From NCBI GenBank assembly GCA_002269645.1, contig NIVC01000328.1, positions 101,276 through 165,275 of the forward strand: a DNA stretch of 64,000 nucleotides, given 5' to 3'. The notes beneath the pieces are model-generated. The model worked only from the letters and a program-made list of their open reading frames with translations. It was not told the DNA's origin and made no database searches. Shown piece by piece: positions 53,193 through 64,000 of this stretch. Position 1 is the stretch's first letter, and each line of letters begins with the position of its first letter. Source of the DNA: Macrostomum lignano. Its lineage: Eukaryota. A program made the translations under genes and the position numbers.

Positions 53193-55445
53193 CTAATCCA
53201 GTTCAATTGCGTAAGTAACTTTTTGTGGTAGCCATGTGACAGCCATGTCATGCACCGAAAAAACCCTATCTGAGCACCACTTTGGGTAATACTTTTCCCA
53301 ACTTCTAAAACGCGATGTAATAAAGTGCTCTCTGTTCTCGGGGGTACATCTTGCCTTCATCCGCTCCGTTGGCATTCGATTTTTTCAAGCAACGGCATGT
53401 TCTGTGGCATCGCGGATCGGATCAATAATAGCAATGATTTGTACTAAAGCAATGCTCAAGCATGCTATTCCCTAGCTAAGGAGTCTTAACTAAGAAACCA
53501 GAAGAAGAAAAACTCGGCAAGATTGAGTCGGGTGCAGAGGACCGAGAGAGGCTGCCGAAGTTAAAGCTGGCTTGGTGCGGAATCGAAATCGAAATTCGTT
53601 ACATTCGGCAGCATGGGATTAATTGAGTTCCGTCTCGTGTGCCAGACTCGCTCAGAAGCAGTTTTATTAGGCAGAACTGGTCTCGGCTTGATTTGGGGTT
53701 TTAGCGTTGACGCCTTTCTATTGATACTTGCATTTTATAGCTGTTTACTGTCCTAAGCTAGCTAATTTAGCTCGCGTGTCTGAATTGGTTTATCGCGAAT
53801 TCGATCAAAACCTGGTAAGTTCCCGCTCGTGACTATGTGCGGCTAGTCCCGTCAACGGCTAGCTTCTTCTGAGTTATACTGATGCAAGAAAAATGATTCA
53901 AATCTTGCTATAAGAAACTGTCTTGCGTCTTCAAATGCATAAAAACTTCAGTACTCACCTGCACCACATATTCCAGATCGATAATCTCGCAGTGCGGCAT
54001 TCCAGTTGGCGGCAGAGGTGGGATGTGGATCACGTCGTGGTAATAACCCGAAGCGCCGGGTTTGACGCGTTGGCCAGAGATGCTGAATATCAGCGCCGAG
54101 GCCACTTTCCTATGACTGCCTGCCGACAGGAACACGCGCTGCTGGAAGGTGATGTGGGTGCTGCGGACGCAGGCGGAGGAACTGTTGAACAGGTGCACGC
54201 TAATGTCCATTGTCTCGCCAGGCACGTAGCCAGTTTTTGCCAGCGATAATTCGCAGATTATCCGTCCTTTGCTCACGCAGCAATAGGCTAGGGAGATCTC
54301 CTTTTTCAAGCAGACCCGATCCTGGATGATAATTTTGATTCGAAATGTCGCGTCATTGGTTATGACGACAGTTTTTAACGCTCTAGAGATTTCGACGGCG
54401 TTTTCTACTAAGCATCTGCTCTATTCCTTCATCATGCTCATACTCGTACTCATTACTGATTATGGCGAATCACTTACAATAAGATGACGGTGAGCGTTCA
54501 AGTCATAGTAATTCACAACTAGTATCGTTCGCTCCCGACTATGACTGGCCGAGCGCTTCGCGTTTTCAACTTCCGCCTTGACGTTGAATGTAATGCGCGC
54601 CTTGATTCGGCCTGTCTCTGAGTAATATTCGAATGATGAAGGCAGCCTTTCTGGCAGTTGAAACTTGAATGGAAACTGGTGGAAACCGGGACTGATTGTG
54701 TAGCAGGATCCGTCGCTATTTTCGTCAAAGTCTGGAAGAAATAAAGCAAAATTTATGCTTCAATAAACAAAATACAACATATACTTCGACGGCATCTAGT
54801 TCAGCTCCACTGTGTGCTGTAGTTCTAGTTTGGCGTATTTGTCTGCCTATATTGGATGTTTTTCTGTCCCGATTTCCTGAAGCTTCCCTTGCTCCGAAAT
54901 TGCTACTAGCAATACTCAAGCCGGAGCTCTCAATCGAAGAAAACAGACCACACAGTTATTGAGACCGAGCCCTCAGCCTAATCGATTAACGTGTCACTTA
55001 AAAACACTCAAGAAACGGAACCAGGCGGGATCAAGTCCTTGCACAGTGGGGGTAAAAGTACCATTGGGGAGACATGGACGCGCTTTGTCTAAAATAATCT
55101 AAATGAGCACGGAGTCCAGTAAGCCACTCAAATGAGGCAAACTGTGCTCCTGCTCTTATAGTTAGCACATTGCCGGACTTTTTATGGTAGATTTTTCCAG
55201 TAAGAAGTAAGCTAAGGCACTTGGGCAGGATTTTCTATCCGTCTAAAATTAGAACCAATTTAAAACTTTATGAGAAGAAAATCAAGAAATTTCCACATCA
55301 AAGCTGCACATTAACTGACCCTTGCCGAATAGTTTGCAGCACGTCTGAAAGAAGACCTGATGCCCGGATATGGTTTCGGGACCGTCGGAGCGTGTCATCT
55401 CGATCCACGATGTCTCCGCACTTCCGTAGAACCACATGCGGCCGC
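52380..55445 (-). CDS. Alpha-arrestin (arrestin domain-containing) protein; exons 55445-55320, 54731-54478, 54321-53959, 53085-52974, 52792-52380 (or to 52596); first exon unresolved
   Basis: Arrestin_N (G.AETSW.E; GFHQFPFKFQLPERLPSSFE), Arrestin_C (KTGYVPGET..; LPPT..IIDLEY; LSLPVIIGNVPL) and tail RPVYTYY; all junctions GT-AG and in phase. Confidence 0.88.
53125..53187. repeat. (GT)n microsatellite in an arrestin-gene intron
   Basis: Direct inspection. Confidence 0.98.
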
Positions 55446-56284
55446 CTGCAATGCAGAAATTAGATGGCAGACCGTAAACTGAGCAGGAAATGATGCCCAC
55501 AAGGGATTTTTAGCGTGTCGCTTGGCGTGTCGACACCAACTACGAACTAACAACTAGGCCTGATATCGTAGGCGGCTGCCCAGGCCATCTCTCCAAGGCA
55601 ATGGGTCCCATTGGGGCCAACCGTGCCAAACTTTGATGAGAGTAAACTATCAGCAATGACTTTTAGCAGCTAATTACGTCCTGCACTTTCCCAGATCTGC
55701 TAGAGATGACGAGGACTGTGAGGGTCTGGCCTGAACTTCTCATCAAAATTATCTGCAACGGTGTTGTGAATCTTCATAACTTTCAGATATTTTTCTATTC
55801 GCTAAGTAGATTTTCTTCCTGGGTGGTCGAGAGTTTGAAGTTATAATTTGCTGTACAATGGCTTTTGCTTCAATAAATCAAAATCCAAGTTGGACCTCAT
55901 ACTTCCAATAATATTTACTTTTAATATGATTTTACATACAAGTTACAAGCTTACAAGTTTACTTTAGCCGCTTCGGTTTGAAATGCGGCATGCTACATTC
56001 AAAGCCTTAATAAGTAAACAATGGTCTTGATAGAATTCACTATTTATTAATAAAATTGATTTTCGAATTTTAAAAGACAGGGTAATTGACTTCCACACCA
56101 GTGTACGCACAAAGTACAGTCTCGCGTACAGCGCATGTGCAGCGTGTACACTGAATTTTGCAGCAAGGGCAAGAAAAATTCGGGTGCTCAGAGTGAAACG
56201 TAAATACGCATGACAGCAAGTTCCACTTAGAGTTTTCGATCTAATCTTTACGCTCGTACGTCTGGTAGAAAAGCTTTCACGACC

Positions 56285-59200
56285 ATGATTACACGTGCGA
56301 GTCTGGAGCAGCATATCCCCGATCAAAACCTTATATCGGCTGAAGGCGAACAACTACTTCGAGTAGCTGAAAAAAATGATTACAAGGAATTAAGAGACTC
56401 ATCGACGCAGGCGCCTCAGTAAACCATGCTGATAAAGACGGCCAGACGGCAGTTTGGTTCGCGTCTAGGAACGTCTGTTTAGACTGTCTCAGAGTTCTCA
56501 TCGAGAAGAAGGCTAACCTCGACGCTCAGTTGCGAAACGGCAATGTGACGGGACTGTGGATTGCAGCGGCCAACGGGCACATTGAAGTCATTCAGACTCT
56601 GCTCGACGGGGGAGCCGATCCCGAGATTCCCGATTCTCGGGGCGTGACGGCCCTGTGGACGGCCACTTCTTACGGATTCTACGAAATTGTGAAACTGCTG
56701 ATTGACTCTCGCTGCAATTACAACGCGACCAGAAGCAACGGAGAATCCTGCCTGTGGGTGGCGTGCCATCAAACTTTCGGCAAATTGTTGAACTCCTAAT
56801 CGGGCATGGTGCAGACTCGGAGCTGGCCAGAGATGACGGTCACACACCTCTCATGGCGGCTGCCGAAGGCGGCTTTGTTGATATTGTGAAGATCCTCATC
56901 GACTATCAAGCCAATATTGAAGCTCGCTGTACTGATGGACAAACAGCTCTATCGCTGGCTGCATGCAACGGACACGATTCGGTAGTGAAGCTGTTGCTGA
57001 GCTCGGGTGCCAATCCGGATATCGATGAATCCGACAGTTCAACCGTGTGCCCTCTGGCGCAGAGCTGCGCCTACGACCGCCGTTCCACCGCTCGCCTGCT
57101 TTGGGACCAAGTGTCTGAGCAGCAGAGGCGTCATGCCATTGAGATTTGCAAAAGCCTTGGTAACGAAGAGCTGAAAGCGCTTCTTCAAGTTCTTGAAGAT
57201 CTTCAAGATCTTCATGGTCAAGAATCGTCGGCATATTGTCTAGATATGGGGTAAATGCCCGGAATATTTTCTTTCGATTTTAAATTCTTAAGTAGATTAT
57301 TTAAAACGACGAGAACATTTTGCCCCACACATGATGGACATATATGAAAAATCGGAGCTAAATTCCTTAAATATTTTAGTGAATTATCGGCAGAGATGAA
57401 GCGGTCAGGATTTACAAAGGAAAGGTCGCTAGTCATCGCCGCCGCAGCTGATGTTGTGCAAGTCATTTTCAGGTGTTATTTTCATATCGACAACTTCTAT
57501 GTTCTTGGAAGCTTCTGCGATGGCTTGGGCTGCAATCTCAGCACAGCGGACGGTTCCATAGGCCTTGACTCCGATATTGATTTCGCAGAGATCATGCGTG
57601 GCCAAAAGTTTCACCTGAAGAACTTTTGCAAGTGCAAAGACGTGTCTGAAGAGGAAAAGGTTGTCTACAAAGCTGGGCACGTTATGCTTGCCGGAAAACT
57701 TACTGTTGGTTAGTTTTTCTTCCAGTGTCGAACTTAAAAGAATATTATCCAAAAAATTACCAATACATTTCTCGCAATAAACCAATAAATTTAGGTTCGC
57801 GTCCAGCCATGACAACTCAGGCGTCTCCTGTAACGCCCAGCATGGACGTTGTTTACGCCTATTCCGCCTGCTGCTATCCAGCACTGAGCATTGTAACCGA
57901 TAGTGAAGAGGACTGCAAGCACTTTCCAAAGCAAATCACGGCACTGCTGAAAAAAGAAGTCGCACTGGTGACGCACCTGGTTCAGCTAATACGCGCTGGA
58001 ACGCCAGACGAAGAGGGCACTCAGCTGAGATTGAGCACTTCAATCCTGGAGAGCATAGTTCTACGCTCACTGAGCACCGAGCAGGGTCAGTTTTACATTC
58101 TACTGAAGTTCATCATCAAGAGAGTGCTTGGTACTAGAAGAGAAGAGTACCAATGCGTTGGCCTCAAATCGTATCACGCGAAATCGCTGCTGCTCTTCAT
58201 GCTGAAGGAAACTGACAGCGACGCGTGGTCAGTCGATAATCTTCGCCAGCTGCTGATCTCAGCGCTCGCTATGCTAAAGTCTTTTATGAACAACTACCCA
58301 GACGATGAGAAGTACTGCATGCCGCATTTCTTTCTGAAGGATGCGGTGTTGTATTTGAAGAGAGACCATCTCCCAAAATCTAGGATCATACAGCTCATTA
58401 GTCACGTGATTGAAAATATCGATCGATACTTGGTCGAATTTAAAAATCAACTGAAGCCACTTGAACGCAACGATCATCTTTCGCTGCATGTTTTTACGCT
58501 TTTTCCATTCGGCTTTTCTCTGTTTGACGATTCGACAGAGTCGGAGAATGTGTTTCACAATGCCTACATTCGCATCAAGAAGTACCTGAAGCTTACACTT
58601 GGAATAGCCAAGGACAGCGCGCTGCCGGAGGACATTGGCTCGGGTATTGACTGTCTTCCAGAGTTCGCTCGCACTGCCAAGCTCTGTCTAAAAGTGTTGA
58701 TGCTCATTCGTCAAGGTGAAAACGAAGATGCCAGACGCCTACTACTCAAGCACAGCGAGTTTACTGCCTGTCGATACCTGTCTGTCAGTGCAGACAAAGA
58801 AAGCAGCTTCGAGAGTATCAAGCTGAACATCTTGGAGCAGTTGAAAAGCTGCGATTCAATGTGGCGAATGTGCTGCCGGATCGATTTTGAAGACAACGAG
58901 AGCTTCTCTCCCGTTGTCTGCCGGGCGTGCTTCCCCAGCCGGATACCAAACCACGACAGGCGGCTGTACCTGAATTTTGAAGTGCTGCTGCAGCTCCTCA
59001 GACTGCGACTTCTAAATCCCTCTGATACAGACCGCGGCCTCGCTTGGTCGCAACTTGTCATTGATGACAGCTGCAGAGGCGCTGATTTCGAGGAGTTGTT
59101 TGCAGCCGCTCAGCTCGCCACTGATCGGGACAAAAAGCGAGTGGCCTTGCAGGCGATGCGCAGACTTTTCAATTTGCGTCACGAGAAGACGGACGTCCTC

Positions 59201-59293
59201 ATCAATCAAATTCTTGGTCGGAAAGTTGACTGTTCGGCTGTCCGTCACGACTCTGACGCAAAAGCCTGCTTCAATAGACTTGCTGATGTTTAA
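56285..59293 (+). CDS. Ankyrin-repeat + Mab-21/cGAS-like nucleotidyltransferase (cGLR), copy 1; exons 56285-57250, 57380-57708, 57795-59293; two -1 frameshifts in the ankyrin exon (about 56397, about 56769)
   Basis: 7-8 ANK repeats; NTase GSFCDG...DSDID and MDVVYAYSAC; Mab-21 core HLV..AG..QLRLSTS..E..L..L..EQ...Y.LLK, LKSYHAK..L, W...NL, MPHFFL; introns GT-AG in phases 2 and 1. Confidence 0.85.
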
Positions 59294-59476
59294 CCTAACA
59301 TGTATCTACTGTAGATCGGTAGGAATTTTTTTCATATAGGAATTATTTTATTCCGCATGCCAAACCATTCTAACCCCATAGTAAATTTCGCATGGCGCAC
59401 TTTGAATTGGCATTGTTTCAGTTTAAAATGTACGAGGTAAATTGTTGCCTTTTGGTTTTTATCTTGCCCTACAGTC

Positions 59477-59964
<488 letters not shown>

Positions 59965-60416
59965 GGTGAGCGCGCATTTCAGCAGCCAGACACAGACAGA
60001 GAATGGTTGGCCGGTGAGTGTGAGTCATCCATAGTAGATTGGTAGAGAGGAACTTATGTTCCTTTTTGAATTTGTCAGGCTAAGTGTACTCGTGCATGAG
60101 TACGAGCGTATGCGGGCATGAAGTACCTTATTTTAGGCTTTCTCCATAACAGTGCGCCCGTACAAGGCAGCGCTGTACATTTTGCACGGTACACTGTACA
60201 GTTTCATTGTTCTGTTTATATAGCTGCGATGCTCATTCATTTATAGTAAGCTACTCTATATTCAGCTATTATATCATAAACACAAGCATATAGCTCGTAG
60301 CCGCTTATAACCACTTGTTTCAACCAATTCATACCTGGTGCCAATTAAAAGGTACTAAACACAAGAACTGAAGAAGCCACTCCTCTGCAGCAGCAATGCC
60401 ACTCAGATCTGCCTGA

Positions 60417-63410
60417 ATGGCATCGGCAGACTCTGGCGAAGAGCTGCTGAAATGTGCGAAAGAAAACCTGTCGAGACGGCTACGCGACTTGATCGACACT
60501 GGAGTAGATCCCAACTACGAAAATAAAAACGGCGAGACTGCAGTTTGGTTCGCGTCTAGGAACGTCTGTTTAGACTGTCTCAGAGTTCTCATCGAGAAGA
60601 AGGCTAACCTCGACGCTCAGTTGCGAAACGGCAATGTGACGGGACTGTGGATTGCAGCGGCCAACGGGCACATTGAAGTCATTCAGACTCTGCTCGACGG
60701 GGGAGCCGATCCCGAGATTCCCGATTCTCGGGGCGTGACGGCCCTGTGGACGGCCACTTCTTACGGATTCTACGAAATTGTGAAACTGCTGATTGACTCT
60801 CGCTGCAATTACAACGCGACCAGAAGCAACGGAGAATCCTGCCTGTGGGTGGCGTGCCAGTCAAACTTTCGGCAAATTGTTGAACTCCTAATCGGGCTTG
60901 GTGCAGACTCGGAGCTGGCCAGAGATGACGGTCACACACCTCTCATGGCGGCTGCCGAAGGCGGCTTTGTTGATATTGTGAAGATCCTCATCGACTATCA
61001 AGCCAATATTGAGGCTCGCTGTACTGATGGACAAACAGCTCTATCGCTGGCTGCATGCAACGGACACGATTCGGTAGTGAAGCTGTTGCTGAGCTCGGGT
61101 GACAATCCGGATATCGATGAATCCGACAGTTCAACAGTGTGCCCTCTGGCGCAGAGCTGCGCCTACGACCGCCGTTCCACCGCTCGCCTGCTTTGGGACC
61201 GAGTGTCTGAGCAGCAGAGGCGTCATGCCATTGAGATTTGCAAAAGCCTTGGTAACGAAGAGCTGGCCGATTTGCTTCATCCAGAAGCGTCTTTGCGTTC
61301 TGAACAAAAACCCGCCTGTAGCTCTTTGTAAGCTTCTTACTATTGATTGTAGCTTGATGCTCATGTGAATGCGTTTACTCGTATTTTTAAGTTAAGCGGA
61401 AATGTCTACATATTTTTGTTTTTCAGGCAGCCTGTCGATATGAACGAGCTGAGCAAAAGGATGTCTGAAGCAGGCTTCACCAGGGAACGATCGCGAGTGC
61501 AAACCGCTGCGCCGACGTAGTGCAGGGCGTCTATAGGTCTTTCTTCCAAAAGAAGCAAGGAAATAACCTGGAGAAGGATTCTAGAACCATTTTCATCCTG
61601 GGCAGCTTCGGCGACGGCTGGGGCTGCAATCTGAGCTCAGTGGATGGCTCGGTCAGCAGAGAGTCGGACATAGACTTCACCGAGATAATGCTGGGACAGA
61701 GCTATCACATCCAAGGTGCTTGCCAGTGCGCTATTGACGAGGGCATGAAATACATCTACAAGAATGGGCACATTAGAATTAAACGCTCTGTTGGTAAGTT
61801 TGGCATGGCTGTTGCTATTTGAATCTTTGAAATATAATTGGCATCTACAGACTCCCGTGCCTCTTGTTAATAATTGTAGTGTCGCAGCCAGCGATGACAA
61901 CCCAGGCATCGCATGTGACACCCAGCATGGATATTGTTTACTCATATGCAGCGTGTGGCTATCCGGAAATCAGCATGCTTGCTTCGGTAGAAGACAAGGA
62001 ACACTTTCCAGATGAAGTGCTTCAGAAGCTCTGTAACGCAGTAAAGTCACCAAAGTATCCTTGCCATCTGATCCGCGCGGAACGCCGAACAAGGAAGGAA
62101 CTCAATTGAGAGTGAGCACATCAATTCTGGAGAGGATTGTTCTCCGCTCACTGACCACTGAGCAGGGTCAGTTCTATATTATTCTCAAGTACATTGTCAA
62201 GAAAGTGCTCGGTATTCGCACTGCAGAACACGAAAGTTTCGGTTTAAAGTCTTACCACGCCAAGTCCATACAGCTGTTTATGTTGAAGAAGACGCCGAAA
62301 GAAGCTTGGAAGACGGAGAATTTTCGAACCCTATTGATTACAGCTCTACACATGCTGCGAAACTATATGACAGAAAAGTCCAACATTGAAGAGTACTGCA
62401 TGCCGCATTTCTTCCTAAAAGATACCATTTTGTTTTTTAAAAAGGATCATTACCCAAAATGCAAGATTGTGGAGCACATTAACCATGTGATTGGAAATAT
62501 TGACAGATACATAACTGAATTCCGAGATCAACTGAAGCCGCTGGAAGATCCTGGATATTTATCAGTGCACCCGTTTGCGTTGTTCCCGTTCGGCTTCTCG
62601 TTAATTTGCGACCAGGAATCGACTGATGCCTACCATAATGCTTACATTCGAATCAAGCGGATCTTGATGGAGCTAATTAAGTTAGACAGGCCTCTTTCCC
62701 AGAATTTTATGCTCGAACTAGACAAGATTCCAAGCTTTGCTAATACGGCCAAGATTTGCCTTAGAGTCTTAGCCTTAATGAGACTGGGCGATGAGGAAGC
62801 AGCACGGAAGGTTTTGTTGGACAATCAAAGCAGCCGCGTTCTGCGAAACTTGACTATCAAGGAAGGACTGAGTAAAACTAAAACCAGAGAGGCGATCTGG
62901 AGTCAGCTGACTGGCCACGACACTCTGTGGCGAATCTGCTGTCGCATGGGCCACGGAACAGTGGACTGCATCCGGTTCGCTCCAGATCGAGATCAGTCGA
63001 TCAACCTGGTCTGCCGGGCGTGCTTCCCCAGCGTGTTGCCGTTTCACGAGAGGAGAGTCTACTTGAACTTTGTTGTTTTGCTGTATCTTCTGCGAATGAG
63101 TTTCTCTGATAGCCCTGATCAAGCTGGATCTGCTACCAAAGCCTTTCTGGATGATGTCCGCGGCGATTGGCGGAGTGCCGACTTTGAAGAGCTTCACGCG
63201 GTAGCGTTGATTACAGATAGTACAACTGAGGCCAGGCAGATGCTCAAGGAGATGCTCAAGCGCTACGATAAGCGCCATGTGAAGACCGATGAAGTTATCA
63301 GGCACATCTTGACGAAATGCTCTGTTAGGGTGGATCAGCTTGGACAACCGAGACTGCACCATGACAGTAGCGCGGCCGTTTGCTTATTGAACCGGAAAAT
63401 TATGATATAA
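60417..63410 (+). CDS. Ankyrin-repeat + Mab-21/cGAS-like nucleotidyltransferase (cGLR), copy 2; exons 60417-61327, 61427-61793, 61880-63410; two -1 frameshifts in the NTase region (about 61511, about 62078)
   Basis: Intact ANK exon; GSFGDG...ESDID and MDIVYSYAAC; same Mab-21 motifs and same intron phases (2, 1; second intron 86 nt in both copies). Confidence 0.85.
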
Positions 63411-64000
63411 CAAATCCGTCCTTCAGCTCCTGCTTTAAGTATTCATTCAGATGCTGTACATTATACATTAGCGTTTTGCTTTTACTGGTATCTGCAAATT
63501 ATTCTCATCATGCGAGGCTATTTTCGTTTGCAAAATTTAAACTAAATCTTAAAGTTTTCTAGAAGATGGGGACTGAAAAGTGGAAACGGGTGTCTCAGAC
63601 AAAGAATGTTTATCATTTTGTTTAAATGTCTCGGTTCCCACAACGACAAATGGCCTCGCATGCAAATTATTTTGCTCAAAGCAGATTTGAAAGCAATCGA
63701 TTTTGTTTATTATACAGGTGCGAGTATGTCAGATTTTTGAAGCAAGATAAATGTACCAGGTATATTTCGAGAGTATATGCTCAGCAACATTAAAAATTCG
63801 CCACTCTATGCACCAGTGAGCGCTTTCTCATAAACTATTCTGAAATATCTTTAATAGCTTTAATCCGCCCAACCTCGCACACCGCTCCCCACTTCATTCC
63901 TCAACTCAAGTCTGCCTGAGACTGCCTGATGATTGAGACTTTACTTGCTCTCTTAAAAGTGGCGACCACAGACGGAATGTTCTGTGATGGCGACTTTTCG

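Noticed and set aside
55680-55770. Possible first exon of the arrestin gene (SGQTLTVLV)
   Set aside because: Motif fits Arrestin_N but the visible donor is phase 0 while the next exon needs phase 1; unresolved.

Overview
Animal genomic DNA with short GT-AG introns, GC-rich exons and very dense tandem repeats; the style resembles a free-living flatworm such as Macrostomum (inference, not provable here). Roughly a third of the window is satellite or microsatellite, which explains most of the long ORFs in the track. Supportable genes: a 3-exon DOMON + cytochrome b561 ferric reductase, a 2-exon secreted Gly/Pro-rich peptide, two paralogous GDPD (GPCPD1/GDE5-like) genes inside an old duplication (about 11.9-25.4 kb vs 30.6-36.9 kb), a KDEL-terminated ER protein whose paralog is deleted, an intronless peptide-receptor-like GPCR, a 4-exon hypothetical gene and an alpha-arrestin gene. 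The most notable feature is a tandem pair of ankyrin-repeat + Mab-21/cGAS-like nucleotidyltransferase (cGLR) genes with intact catalytic acidic residues, a shared unknown C-terminal domain and an almost identical ankyrin module. Mobile DNA: a TSD-flanked LOA/R1-like LINE lacking its RT, a second LINE 5' fragment sharing a covarying 5'UTR hairpin, a Penelope-like GIY-YIG fragment with a hammerhead ribozyme inside (CT)n/(CTAT)n, two Crypton-like tyrosine recombinase remnants, hAT MITEs and fold-back elements. Many single-base deletions may be long-read consensus errors, so frameshift calls are provisional.
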